A stretch of 64,000 nt of DNA, taken from NCBI GenBank assembly GCA_028534125.1, contig CM052817.1:5334001-5398000 (forward strand), given 5' to 3'. The position numbers and the translations under genes were made by a program. This document shows, piece by piece, positions 13,227 through 26,164 of the stretch. How positions within the stretch are numbered: the stretch's first letter is position 1; each line of letters opens with the position of its first letter. The notes beneath the pieces were generated by a model, which saw only the letters and a list, made by a program, of their open reading frames with translations, made no database searches and was not told where the DNA came from. Source of the stretch: Lama glama. Its lineage: Eukaryota.

Positions 13227-13732
13227 TGTGGTAGGCAGGCTAATAGCTCCTCAAGGATGTTCAAATCTGAATCACTGGAAGGTGTAGGTTATGTTGTGTG
13301 GCAAGGGAGAACTAGGCTTACAGGTGGAATCGAGGTTGTCGATCAGCTGGCCTTCAGATGGGGAGATTATCCCAGACCACCCGGTGGGCCCATTATAATC
13401 ACAAGGGTGATTAAATGTGGAAAAGGGAGGAACAGAGTCAGTGTCAGAGTGATAGGTTGTAGCAGGACTCAACCTGCCATGGCTGGCTTTGAAGATGGAG
13501 GAAGGGGCCACAAGCCAAGGAATGTGGGCAGCTTCTAGAGGCAGGAGAAGGCAAAGAAATGGATTCTTCCCTAGAACCTTCAGAAAGGAATGCAGCTCTG
13601 TCCACACCTTGAGTTTAGCCCAGTGAGACCCACTTTGAAATTTCTCTTTAAAACTGTAAGACAGCAAATTTGCATTGTTTTAAGCCACTGTGTTGGTGGA
13701 AATTTGTTACAGCAATGACGGAAACTAATACA
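13227..13732 (+). mobile_element. MaLR MLT1 (MLT1D-like) solo LTR, near full length
   Basis: tgtggtaggcag start; ggctttgaagatggaggaaggggccacaagccaaggaatg; ttgttttaagccact...ggaaactaataca end. Confidence 0.88.
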
Positions 13733-13777
13733 CCCCCAAATCCCCAACCAGCAGAGTGTGTCCTGACAGCCACAGGG

Positions 13778-15008
13778 TTTTTTTTTTCATTTTATTTTAT
13801 TCATTTTTTAATTGAGTTATAGTCATTTTACAATGTTGTGTCAAATTGCAGTGTACAGCACAATTTTTCAGTTATACATGAACATATATATATTCATTGT
13901 CACAGTTTTTTGCTGTGAGCTACCACAAAACCTTGTATATATTTCCCTGTGCTATACAGTATAATCTTGTTTATCTATTTTACATTTTGAAATCCCAATC
14001 TGTCCCTTCCCACCCCCTGCCCCCTTGGCAACCACAAGTTTGTATTCTATGTCTATGTGTCTGTTTCTGTTTTGTATTTATGTTTTTTTTTAAGATTCCA
14101 CATATGAGTGATCTCACATGGTATTTTTCTTTCTCTTTCTGGCTTACTTCACTTAGAATGACATTCTCCAGGAGCATCCATGTTGCTGCAAATGGCATTA
14201 TGTTGTCAGTTTTTATGGCTGAATAGTATTCCATTGTATAAATATACCACCTCTTCTTTATCCAGTCATCCACTGATGGACATTTAGGCTGTCTCCATGT
14301 CTTGGCTATTGTAAATAGTGCTGCTATGAACATTGGGGTGCAGGTGTCATTTTGCAGTAGGGTTCNNNNNNNNNNNNNNNNNNNNNNNNNNNNNNNNNNN
14401 NNNNNNNNNNNNNNNNNNNNNNNNNNNNNNNNNNNNNNNNNNNNNNNNNNNNNNNNNNNNNNNNNNNNNNNNNNNNNNNNNNNNNNNNNNNNNNNNNNNN
14501 NNNNNNNNNNNNNNNNNNNNNNNNNNNNNNNNNNNNNNNNNNNNNNNNNNNNNNNNNNNNNNNNNNNNNNNNNNNNNNNNNNNNNNNNNNNNNNNNNNNN
14601 NNNNNNNNNNNNNNNNNNNNNNNNNNNNNNNNNNNNNNNNNNNNNNNNNNNNNNNNNNNNNNNNNNNNNNNNNNNNNNNNNNNNNNNNNNNNNNNNNNNN
14701 NNNNNNNNNNNNNNNNNNNNNNNNNNNNNNNNNNNNNNNNNNNNNNNNNNNNNNNNNNNNNNNNNNNNNNNNNNNNNNNNNNNNNNNNNNNNNNNNNNNN
14801 NNNNNNNNNNNNNNNNNNNNNNNNNNNNNNNNNNNNNNNNNNNNNNNNNNNNNNNNNNNNNNNNNTTCCATAGGTTTTCTTCTTGTTTTATTTCTGGTTT
14901 CCTTTGCTGTGCAGAAGCTTGTAAGTTTCATTAGGTCCCATTTGTTTATTCTTGCTTTTATTTCTATTTCTTGGGTAGACTGTCCTAGGAGAACATTTTT
15001 GAGATGTA
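13778..15008 (-). mobile_element. Relatively young 5'-truncated L1 (ORF2 C-terminus plus 3' UTR), interrupted by an assembly gap
   Basis: Minus-strand ORFs MFIAALFTIAKTWRQPKCPS...YTMEYYSAIK and MKLTSFCTAKET are L1 ORF2 motifs. Poly-T at left. Direct repeat ctgacagcca at 13763-13772 and 15009-15018 (TSD). Confidence 0.93.
14366..14865. other. Assembly gap (500 N)
   Basis: Run of N characters. Confidence 1.
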
Positions 15009-15469
15009 CTGACAGCCATGTTTGAATCCTATGACATTGGATGCGCAGCCATAGCTGATTGGACCAGAGGTAGATGTCTGTCCCAAGCTGGGCATGCTCA
15101 GAATTTGGATTTGGGATTGATAACAGCTGTGAGGAGAAACATATACAAATTCAGGAGCTAAGGTGGGGGCAGGGGGAGGCTGTGTTGGGTCATGTGAACT
15201 GCGAAGCAGAGAAGGTCTGCAAAGATAATTAAACTGAGGAAGAAAGAGGCAGAGAGAGATGGAGAGAGGTCTGCTTGTCTCAGGGTAGTCTTAACTCAGA
15301 GGTATGACTGCCTTCAAGGCTGGACTCTCAGGTGTGTGCGCATAACACTCAGCCCTCCCTGGACTTAATATTCTTGAAGACTTATTTGTAGCAAAAAAGA
15401 ATGGGAGTCTCTGTGGGGGTTGGAAAGGAGGGTCTTTTCCCAAGACCATTGCTGATGGTAAGAAAGACC

Positions 15470-15496
15470 ACACACACACACACATACACACACACC
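15470..15496. repeat. (CA)n microsatellite, one interruption
   Basis: Direct inspection. Confidence 0.9.
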
Positions 15497-16023
15497 CCTT
15501 GTCTTCCCAGAAGAAATCAACAAAAGGATATGTTTTAAGATAATTTTCTAAATGAGGCAAGCTCCTTACGGTGGTCACCTGAGATCTGACTGGCTGTGGT
15601 TCAAACCACAGAAAATGCCCATCTTTGCTCTTTGGAACTCTAGCTCCATCACCCTGATTTCTTTAGCTAGGTTTCTTCTTAGGAACAAAGGTTTGTTCTT
15701 TGAGCTTCCCATCCCTAGAGTCATAGTCCTCTTTGGAGCTCCCGAGAAAAAAATGATGAATTTCTTTAGGTTCATTTCCTAAAGTGAAAGCACATGTTCT
15801 CCAAGTCCTCTCCTCTTGCATCGTGAATTCTACCACGGCATGGCGAGCCTTCCAGGGTTTCTGTCACTCTAACCCTCCCAATCAGGTCTTTTCTATTGGT
15901 CAGATCTAGGTGTAATCTAGTAGCTCCTTCCTCTCCATCCTTTTACTGAAAGATAGCACTGTAACGATGGTAAGTGAAGAATGCAGCAATAGTCTTGTTT
16001 GGCAGATATCTGGACATGGGGAG

Positions 16024-16380
16024 TATCAGTCGGGATAGGCTAATTATGCTGCAGAAACAATCACAGATCTCCACAGACAACAAGAGCAATGGTTTACTTC
16101 TTACTGCCATCCCGTGTCCTTAGTTAGCTGTGCTCCAAGACATCTTTACTTTACAGGGACCCAGGTGGATGACATGATAGAACATTACAGGTTGCTACGA
16201 CAGAGGGAGAAGAAAGCACGGGGAACCACATGTTAGCTCTTAAATTTGCTGCCCAGAACCAACACGTGGCATGCTTCATGGCTACAAGGAATCACCTGGC
16301 CAAGTTTGTCATCAATAGGTCAAGAAGCTATTATCCTCTCCTGGGAGGCAGGGGCACAAACGGACAATAAAATGGACTAC
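16024..16380 (-). mobile_element. MaLR (MLT1-like) LTR remnant
   Basis: tatcagtcgggataggctaattatgctgcagaaacaa resembles the reverse complement of an MLT1 3' terminus. Confidence 0.55.
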
Positions 16381-17744
16381 CACGGAGGATCTCCAGTTAC
16401 TGTACTGTTGTGGCCAATCCATGAGTCCACAGACCCAGAAAACTCTGGTCTCCTCGCACTGCACGGCAGGAACTCACACTTGCGTTGGGCACATTGCATT
16501 CACACAGGCATTGAGCATCCTTCATACAGCAAATGCCTGCTTACATCAACTTTCCGCAGGTAGAAGGGCTATAAAATCAACATCTCTAAAGCAAGTGACA
16601 ATGACAGTATCTCAGTGGCTGACAACAACATAAGTCTATTTCTCACTCACAGCACAGTTGTGTCATGGCTTGGGCATCTGGACCTGCGATAGACCCTCTT
16701 TTAGGCAAAAGTTGCATTTAATGATTTCTATGAGAGTCCCCAAATGATTCTAAGCTTCCTACATCTACCTTGATTGTATGCAGGGTGCTGTTATAGAGAA
16801 ATGTATTCGGGAATTCCAATATGCCCTCCAGTTTTTCAAGAGAAGAGAGCCTAGCCAAATGAAATATTGTTACCAATGAAACATAATTTATGTACCACTT
16901 CCAATGTGGTAGTTTGTAGTATGCGCCATGCTTCTGTCCTTCCTTTTAATCCACATCCCCTCTCAGTTCCATGGGGTTTCAAATAGTTATAAGTCCACGG
17001 TCAACTGAAGTCATCTGGCCCTTTGAGGTTAAAAGAGTAAAATAAAATAATAATAAAAATGCAACATCTCATATCCCATGGTCTGTGGGAAGCCCAAGGG
17101 CCACCTGAAGATCTTTGTAACTTTTCTAGGAAGTTCATGCGCTTGTGGTCACTTGTGGCTTTAGAGCCTCACATTTTGAGCTCACTTGGGTCTCCTCTCC
17201 ATAATCTCCTTTTTTCTTGCAGATGCATACAGAAAACGTAGACCTTTCTCCTGAACTTTTTACCCCAAAAAACCAACCGCACCAAATACATTGCTCACTG
17301 AGGGCGTGGTGTAGCTCAGCCCCCTCCCACTCAAAAACCCTCCCCAGTAAGCTACTCTTTCCTTTCCTGGCCCCTTCTCTGGGTTCTGGTTCCCTCCCCC
17401 ACCCTATCCTTAATTCAGTCCTGTTCATTTTATTATGGAGGGTGATTTAACTCTCTTTCCTTCTACTCTGCCCCAGGCTTACCTAAGCCAAAGACTCATT
17501 AATGTCTTGATAAAACAAAGGGCCATTTCAGCAAGACAGAATCACTGGCAGAGATTTTGTAATTTCTTTCTCATTTTTCTCTCCCTTACTCTGTTGGCGG
17601 AAGAAAGCTGTGTGAAAATTTATTTTCCTCATACAGGAAGGCTGCAGTGGCTACAGTTTGGGTTTTAAATACTATTTCCCTCCTCCTTTCAGGTACTTAT
17701 GTACTCCTAGGACATCTATCTCTGATAAACTTACTTCTTTAACA

Positions 17745-18165
17745 CAGTGGCCCTCAAACTTTTGGTCTCAGAACACCTTTACACTCTTACAAGTTATTGA
17801 GGGCCCTAAAATAACTTTGGCTTATATAGATTTTATCTATGGATATTTACCATATTAGGAAATTCAAACAAAAAATTTAAATATTCATTCAGTTAAAAAC
17901 AAAAATAAGTCCATTACATGTTAACATAAATGGTATCTTCTTGTGAAAAAAATGCATTTCCAGAACAGCTTAGTGAAAATGGCATTGTTTTATATTTTTG
18001 CAGATATCTTTATAAAGTTTGACTTAATAGGAGACAGCTGTTCTACATTCAGTGTTTTGCAGTAACACAAGTCACCCAGCCTCTGGAAAACCCAACTGAG
18101 CACAACTCACGAGAGAATAAGTGAAAATACAAATAATATCTTAGCATGAAAATAATTTGACAATC
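17745..18165 (+). mobile_element. hAT-Charlie-type DNA transposon remnant
   Basis: Terminal cagtggccctcaaacttttggtctcagaacacctttacactcttac followed by an AT-rich body. Confidence 0.7.
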
Positions 18166-18699
18166 ACATTTTAATACATATTCCAGCTGTGCATCCTCTT
18201 TAAGGAAGACAAAGGATGAAATCAAAGAGATCGTGAATTAAATTTGAACCTTGAACCAAAGTGTAGAAAGAATTCACTGGCTCACTTACAGTCGATTTAA
18301 ATAACTATGACTTAGATGGTATATTTAAAAACCATACATGAGGATGAACAGGAACCAGTGAAACTCTTCCGTCCTTTTCTGCATCTGGTAAATTCCTAGT
18401 CACCCTTCAAATCTTGTGATGCCTTCTCTACCGAGCCTTCCCCACCATGATTAATACCTACAATGATAACAATAACATTATTATTAACAACGGTAACTAC
18501 CTTTCAGTGATCTTTAGGAGCCAAGCAACGCCATAACACTTTACACGTGTTATTTCGTTTAATTATCACTGTAAACACTTGGAGGAAAGTGCTGCCTTTA
18601 TTTTACAGATCAGGTGGATGAAGGTTGGAAAGAAAGGCCTCTGGCCTTAGCGCTGTGCCTTGCACACACCTGCCTCTGCCCTGGCACTTATTGCACCCT

Positions 18700-19480
18700 G
18701 GTGGTCACCGTCCACGTGCTTCGGTCCCGCACAAGGCGAGTCCCTGAGGTATGAGTCAGGCTGCGTCGCCTCCGGTCCCCCGCAACCCGCGCGGCTTGAC
18801 TTGGGCAGCGCGCGAGCCACGAGAAGGGAGCGAGCCCTCCGACTCCTCGATCCCCTAGCTCCCCTATCCCCTACACTCCGCAAGCGGGCTCGCGGGGGCT
18901 CGGGACCCCGCGATCTCCCTCCGCGGCCAAGCCCGCCGAGGTTTGCTGGGAGCAGAAAGGGGCGCGGGTGTGTGCGTCGCGGAGTCGGCGGTGCCGAGGG
19001 GATCGGCTAGGCGTGTGGGCGGAGGCCGGAACCTTTCTCCTCTGGCCGCGGTGGCCCCGCGCACGCCGGAACTTTTCTTCCCGCGTCGCTGTCGGCGGGC
19101 GGAGGCGTGCGCTGCCGGACCTGCCCTCCGGCGGCCGGGCTCAAGTCGCGGTCGCCGGCTGCTGACGTGGGCCGGCCTGGTGGGGGCCGTGGGTGCGGGT
19201 CGCCATGGCGGTAGACATCACCCTGCTGTTCCGGGCCAGCGTCAAGACCGTGAAGACGCGCAACAAAGCGCTGGGAGTGGCGGTGGGCGGCGGGGCTGAG
19301 GGCAGCCGCGACGAGCTGTTCCGCCGGAGCCCCCGGCCCAAGGGGGACTTCTCCAGCCGGGCGCGCGAAGTGGTGAGCTGGTTGCTATGGAAACGGCGGG
19401 CTGGAGTGGGGGGCGAACCCGCGACAGGGACCCCAGAGCCCAAACTGGACTCTGTCCCGTAAGCGTTGTGCAAAGGAGGC
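18700..19480. promoter_or_regulatory. STX18: CpG-island promoter of STX18 (TATA-less, probably bidirectional)
   Basis: Very high GC and CpG density around exon 1. GC boxes (GGGCGG 19017-19022, 19097-19102), CCGGAA ETS-like cores near 19026 and 19067, TGAGTCA 18752-18758, CACGTG 18713-18718, TGACGTGG 19163-19170. Confidence 0.9.
19205..19372 (+). CDS. STX18: Syntaxin-18 coding exon 1 (56 codons, phase-0 donor); remainder of gene lies beyond the window
   Basis: Translation MAVDITLLFRASVKTVKTRNKALGVAVGGGAEGSRDELFRRSPRPKGDFSSRAREV matches the mammalian STX18 N-terminus as I recall it. Strong Kozak context (cgccATGg) and a donor GTG|gtgagc at 19372/19373. Confidence 0.96.
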
Positions 19481-20151
19481 GCCTGAGAAAGTGGTCTACA
19501 GGGGGGCCGGAGAGTTGGTCCCCAAGGGCTGTCTTGGAAAGGAACAGTCTTAGGTCGAGGAATGGGGACTCGTATTTGGGGAACTAGGAACTCTTCTGTT
19601 TGCAAGTTCAGAGTTTATTACCTTTATGAGGTCACGAGTTTGCCGAAACTGTAGACTTGAACGCCGGCGAAGCTTCCCACACAGTTCTCTGCTTTCCTGT
19701 CGCAGCACTGACAACAGTGTTTTCGTCTCTTCTGTTTACTTGTCTCATCCCCCTCCCCTCCCCGCTTCCTCATTGAGATCAAAGATCCTGTTCAGCTGAC
19801 CACTCCCTTCCCCTTGCCTCCTGCAATAGGTTAGGGCTCATGCTAGGGATCGCTAGATCTTGAGACTGGTTTAAGATAATCTTTCACAAACACTCTGTAT
19901 TACAGTCATCTAAACTACTTTCTGTTCCCTGAACACTGCAGGCTTTCGTTCAGGAGAGCAAGGACCTACTTCTTAAGGGCAGGAACAGTGTTGGCTTTGC
20001 CCCAGAATCCTCAAAGCCTGACTCATAGCATTGCTTCGTAAATGTTTGTTGAATGAATGAATGAACAAATGGTTGTCTGTCTTACCCACTAAACAGGAAA
20101 CACTGTAAGGGAAGAGAACGTTTGCCTTGTTCACTTTCATATCCTTGGCAC

Positions 20152-20318
20152 CAAGGGTGGATATAGTTTTGTGGCGCTTGGAGTTTATATAGTTATATCT
20201 GTCCTCTTTAATAAATGAAATACAAAATCAGAAAAAAAAAATGGTTCGGAGCTTTGAGAGGTGCAAGTGAGGGGCCCTGAAGCTTAAACTTCATTGATTT
20301 CATGGTAAATTCACCTCC
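20152..20318 (-). mobile_element. MER53-like hAT MITE inserted in an L2 3' fragment
   Basis: gtgcaagtgaggggccctgaagcttaaacttcattgatttcatggtaaattcacctc motif with short inverted ends; L2 tail sequence on both sides. Confidence 0.65.
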
Positions 20319-21904
20319 ATTTGGTACACAGTGCAATTCCTTGTACTTTGTAGACACTCAGATATTTTTTCATGAATGTATGCATGCATGAATTCATGAG
20401 TGGCAGTTACAGAGGATATTCATGCATTGGAAGGGAAATTGGTCCAGATGAATAAATTCAGTGTGTCAATAAGCATCAATTAAGCACCTGCTTTCTGACC
20501 AGCATTGTGTTAGAATAATAGGATTTAAACAGAATAGTGGAGACATAGTAACAAAGAAGTGACTTAAAGCCTTGTAGACGTTGTGTAGAGCACAGAGGAG
20601 GTTGTGTTCTGTTCTACCTCAGGGCCAAGAAAGGCTTTACAGAGGCAATGATAGCTGAAACAAATCTTTATAGAGAAGTAGTTGGTTCCAGTGCAGACAG
20701 GGTGGAGAGGAGCATCTTGACTAAGCGTATGCACAAAGGTGTGGAGATAGGTAACTCTTTGCTCAATTTGTATGTACTCAATGCATGTCTACCCATTAAA
20801 TTACCAGCAAATTAGTAACGGCATTTCAGATTTTGAGGGAAAGAACTTATCATAGTTGGACAACTCTAAACAGTAATAACTATGCCAGTTTGCATTGGGA
20901 GCTTGATTGGTTAACTTATTTGAATCGTGGGACTCATGGGGACCTTGGAGTGGAAAGAGAACTGAGACTTAGATTTTAGAAGGCTTGGATTTGAATGTGG
21001 GTTCTGTTACTCGGAAGTGGGAGACTTGGGCAAGTCCTGTTACCTGAGTCTCATTCCCCCTTTCTATAAAGACGGCCGTGATAATACCCCATTTAACTGG
21101 CAAGCTGATTATTAGCATCTTTTGATGCTAATACGTATGTATGTATCTATGTATGTATCATAAAGAACTATAGTGATTATTATTGTTCCCATTCACCCAC
21201 TACCCTAACCCCATGTAGGCCATTTAGATGTATTTTCATCAGTGGGACGAAGCTATATTCCCTAAACCACTTAGCTTTCTTGTACTTTCATTCGTTGCTT
21301 GCAAAGGAAAACCAAGTAAGTTCATGAAGGAGTCTGAAAATCCGGTGCAGGTACTAATAGCATCGATAGAGGAGGAAGCAACATTCCTCTGTCGAGGTGA
21401 AACTGTGAGTGATGGCAAATGTGTGGCAAGCAGGCAGCTGTTCCTCTCTTCCTCCCTATGACCAAGGAGCCAGTGTTCATTTCCCAGAATCCTTTGCAAC
21501 ATTGTGCCCAGGCAGCCATTACCAATTGTTGGACCTGACATTGAAGTTGAAATTTACTTGACCTCCTACCTGAAATATAGTGAAAATAGAATCTGTATGT
21601 CTGAAGCAGAACCACAGACTTCTCTTTTAGTACTTAGAGAGATCTTACATTCATGTTGTTCAGGCTTCTGGTTTTATAGGTGGGAAAACTAACACCCAGA
21701 TAAGGGAAGTGTCTTGCCCAGAGTCATAACAGATAAAGTCAAAGGACAGAGCCAGAGGTAGAAGCCAGGTCCTTTGACCCCAGTTTAATATTTCCCACCC
21801 TGCCCTTATACATTCTCCTACCTTATGTTTCTACTGTAATTTCAAACCAAAAATTCTTTAGCTGAGTTTCTTATTCCTGAGTTAATACTGAATTCATAAC
21901 TGGA

Positions 21905-22055
21905 TAGTGAATAAGATTTAGAACAGAAAGACCTGAATTTGAATGACTCTTACTTACTGTATGAACTTACTGTATGAACTTGGGCGAGTTACTTAACCTC
22001 AGTTTCCTCACTTATAAAATAGAGTGAGTAATAGCAACCTTATAAGGTTGTTAGG
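21905..22055 (+). mobile_element. MIR SINE
   Basis: ttgggcgagttacttaacctcagtttcctcacttataaaatagag core. Confidence 0.75.
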
Positions 22056-23039
22056 CAGAAAGGAGAAAAGTTGTGCAAGTGCATGCCTGAGTGTGAATTC
22101 TTTTGGTTTCAAGTAACAGTAACCTTGATAAAACAACCTGAGCAAAATAGGGATGTTTTGGCTAGTCTAACTGGGAAACAGGATGAAGCTTCTTTCTCCA
22201 ACTCTTATCCATGAAATCCCAAGAAAGGACTCTCATTGGTTCTGCTTGGGTCCCGAGCTCTCCTTATGGCATCAAAAGGATAAGGTTCCTCAAATGGCCA
22301 GGTCATATGTTCGCTCCAGAAGGTGGATTGGAGTCTGTGATCGCTAAGACTAGGGAGCAAGAGATGCTGGACAGGCAAAACCAAAATGAGTGTTCCTTCT
22401 AGTAACTAGCACAATGCCTGACCCGCCTTCACCTTACTTACCTGCTTGTCTTCAACTCTGTTGGGAATAAAAAACTAGAATTGTGGGAGTTTGTAACAAC
22501 AGGCTTTGGTGTGGGAATGTGTCTGGAGGTGCATCATAGGGGTAACTCTTCCATTTTCTTACTAGTTTATAAAGGTTACAGAGGCACCACACAGTAAACC
22601 AAGACCCCTGGAAGCAGCCAGACCGAGTCTGCAGGGGCAGCAGGAGCCAATGAGAATCACCGAACGGGACCTGAGGGAACCTGTGTTCTATCCCAGTTCT
22701 GCATTAACTGGGCAGACCACATGGTCTTTCTGCACCTCAGTGTCCACACTGGTAAAGCTGAGCGCTTAGACAGTAACTGCGGTGATGTCTTGTAAAACAA
22801 AGATGTTTTGATTACATGTAAGGTAAACAGCAGCTCTGAGTTGTTGGGAATTCTATTTTCAGATTAGGCGTGCAGCTGAGTTTTTCTCTGTGTATTATAC
22901 ATGCTTTTGTGGAAGCTAAATGTCATTTATTTATATTTTTTTAGGAGTTGATTATCTTGAGTTCCTGGTTTAAGTTCAGACTTCTAACAGCAGCTCAAAG
23001 CCAGAGGATCTGGTCCCTGCCACTTCTCAGACCTCACAT

Positions 23040-23385
23040 CCTCTCACTCTTACTCTCCTCCAGACGCCCTAGCCTCCTTGCTTTCCTCACCTGCTCCAGG
23101 CACATTCCTGCCTCAGGACCTTTCCATTCGTTGTTCCCCAGATTCCATGTGGTCTTTAAGTCTCTTCAGTGAGCCCTTCCTCCACTGCCCTGTATAAAGT
23201 AGCATCCTTCTTCTGTTCTTTGCTTTGTTTTATTGTGGTCATTATCTAGCATATATTTGCTGTTTATCCACTAGAATGTGTACTTCATGAAAACAAAGAC
23301 TCTGTGTGGTCTACCACTGACTCCTTAGGTTCTAGAACAGTGTAGGGACATAGGTTCTCAATAAATGTTTCTAGAGTTAATGAAA
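23040..23385 (+). mobile_element. L2 3' end
   Basis: ccactagaatgtgtacttcatga...tagaacagtgtagggacataggttctcaataaatgttt. Confidence 0.7.
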
Positions 23386-24762
23386 AAGTGTTAATCTACT
23401 GTGTCACTTAAATTTTTTTTTTTAATGGAGGCACTGTGTCCCTTTGCTTTTCGTTCTGGAACTGGTTGATCTCTGTCTAGGACTCCTTCCAATTCTTCTA
23501 TGTGGTCCTAACATGATTCCTTAATATTATACAGCATATATGTACCCTTAATCCAGTATCTGGAGTAAACATTGAATAAGTAGTAGTTTTTATTTTGTTA
23601 TTAAGATTCAGTTCTTACCTCAGGGAGTGTACAGTCAAGTGGAGAAGCAGACACATAAGTAGTATAACAACTCAGGGCTAAGTGACAGCCATGACACTCG
23701 GCATTCATTCCTCAGGTCCTCCTTGGTTTTCTTCTGAGACGTAGTGTTGACTTTGTGTCCCTTTGTTTGGACCCAAAGGTTAAGCTGGGACCACCTGAAT
23801 TATTATCCAGAGTAGCTGGAAATAGACTTCATCCAAGGATTGAGTATAATCCTACTTAAACTGGGTTTCAGTTGAGGGAACATGGTTCCAAAAAGCAGTA
23901 TTCGGGCAAAAGGTGCCACTGGTCAGTGAGAAGCTGCAGATGGGGCCATGTAAGACAGGAATAGACCAGGAAACAATGTAGGTTTAGGATGCAGGCTTTA
24001 AACAGAATACGAGTTGAATCGTATAGATTTTTAAAAAATTAATGCAAATGAAATAAAGAGCAGCTTTGGCTGAGGCTGGGATTCAGGGGCTGGGAAGAGA
24101 GAGGTTCATTAGCCAGCCTGCCCCTCTACCACCATTCCCCCTTCTCCTTGAGGAACCCCTTTGGAACCAACCATAGGGCTCAGAGAGACACAGTTTCTCA
24201 CTGTGTTAATGTTCTCCAAGGCCCCCGTTAGCTTCATGATGTTACGTTTTTATGGGTCATAATAACTGAGTGTATACTCTGAGCAGAACGCTGTGCTAGA
24301 GACTTTTTATGAGTAGTGAACCTTTGTGTGGACTGCAGTTCTGAATTTTCCCCAGAACTTGTGAAGACTGTAGCTTTTGAAATTATATTTATTCAATACT
24401 AATTGATTTATTCCATCATCCTATAAGCATGGGACTCCTGATAGGTGTCAGTCATTGTGAGGGCACAAAAAACCATGAGAAATATGTCCTGGCTCTTCTG
24501 AAAATACTGATAAAGGATAACTAAAGCTCCTTGAGGGAGAGTCAGTGGGAAAGCAAACTGGACCTTGAAGGGCGAGGACCATTCTACAAGAGGGAAGGGT
24601 TGAATCACATTCCTGGCAGAGGGAGGAACAAAGGCCCGGATGTACAGCAGCAGGGTGTTGGGGGAGCAGAGGCCAGACTGTGGTGTCTGGAGTCCTTTTT
24701 TAGAGGAGGTGTGGGTGAGGGTCAGAGGGCAGGGGAAGAGGCTGCGCTGGGTTAGATTAGAG

Positions 24763-24961
24763 CAGGGATCAGCTAACTTTGGCCCATAGGCCAAGTCCAG
24801 CCACTGCCAATTTTGGTAAATGGGGTTTATTCTTTACACTTGTTTACATATAGGCTATGGATGCTTCTGTGCTATAGTGACAGAGTTGTAGCTGGGCAAA
24901 ACCCTGCAAAATCTGAAATATTTCCTATTTGGCCCTTTAGAGAAAAAGTTTGCCAGACTTG
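24763..24961 (+). mobile_element. MER58A-like hAT MITE
   Basis: cagggatcagctaactttggcccataggcc...tggccctttagagaaaaagtttgcc; degenerate 8-bp TSD (gattagag / ggtgagag). Confidence 0.85.
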
Positions 24962-25470
24962 GGTGAGAGCATTGTCAGCAGCGCTAAGGAGTTTGGACTT
25001 TATGCTCTGAGCTACGCAAGCAGAGGCATGAAAAGATCATATTTGTGTTTTAAAATGATCAGCCACATTGCAGGTGGGTTTGGAGTGTAGTGAGACTGAC
25101 ACAGCAGAGCTCACTGAGAGGCTCTTGCAGTGACCCAGGTGAACACTAATGAGTCAGTGACAGGAGCGGCTGGATGAGGTAGACACCTAGGAGGTGGATT
25201 TTAAAAGTGTAGTGACTGGATTGGAGAGCGTAGCTGGAGCCTGGGGGTTCCTGTCGCTTTGTCACATTTAGATCTTGGAGGTGGTTGAGTGTTTAAGATA
25301 GGCACTAGAACATCTGCCCAGCCAACTGTTTGGAGATTTTAGACCTGCCTCACAAACGCAGCAAATGCTGGGCTGGGAGAGACAAGACAGGTCACCCTCA
25401 CCAGACTGCAGATGGGCATAGAGTCGCAGGGCCCATCTAGATGCAGGTTCTTATGCAGAGTTTGTGCTCA

Positions 25471-25602
25471 CTTTATTCTTGAAAGAAACTCATCTTGGTG
25501 GTAATAATTGTATCACAAGTCATAGAAGCATGGTTCTTTATTCTTGAAAGAAACTCATCTTGGTGGTAATAATTGTATCACAAGTCATAGAAGCGTGGTT
25601 CT
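25471..25602. repeat. 65-bp tandem duplication (2 copies, 1 mismatch)
   Basis: 25471-25535 and 25536-25600 are identical except gca/gcg near the unit end. Confidence 0.97.
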
Positions 25603-26164
25603 CAGGGATAGTCAATTGACTTTCTCCTTTGTTCTAAGAAAAATCTGGAATAGGTCAAAGAGTTCTCCCCTTCCTCAGTTTCTAGTTGGCAGGTAGCCAA
25701 CAGTTCAGTGTATCGCCTACAAGGACAGGGCTGCCAAAACAGGTCTCTCAGGGTGACTTTTTAAGGAATTCTTCCTGTCCAGGGTCTGATTCTGTCCTGC
25801 AGGCTTGAGAAACAGATTTGTCAGCATACCAAGGATAGAACCATTGATCAGGACAGATATCACTTGAGCTCACATCAACTTGTGTAAAAGTCAGAATACC
25901 AAATTGTTCATTTACTTTGAGTACTATAATTAACTCTCAGGAGGATCCAAATATTAGAAAGTCAATTAATTTAAAGCTTCTGCTGTAGGTTGGGAACTCT
26001 GTTAAGGGTTTTACGTACCTGATCTCATTCAATTTTTCTCTATTGAGGGGGATAAAAATATAATTATTATCAAATGATTTTACAATATTGATCATATTAT
26101 GAATAATCTAGAATTCATACAAATTTGATGTTTGAGGTTTCTTGTTACATGGAAATCTATATGG

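Noticed and set aside
14302..15025. Long ORFs of 194-230 aa
   Set aside because: Artefacts of translating through the 500-N gap in an L1.
17301..17320. gggcgtggtgtagctcag tRNA-like 5' end
   Set aside because: No B-box or cloverleaf downstream.
19373..19462. Read-through extension of the STX18 ORF (VSWLLWKRR...SVP)
   Set aside because: Lies past a canonical donor where similarity to STX18 ends; intronic.
18647..19605. Overlapping GC-rich ORFs on both strands of the CpG island
   Set aside because: Stop-codon depletion in GC-rich DNA; low-complexity Arg/Pro/Gly products with no recognisable domain.
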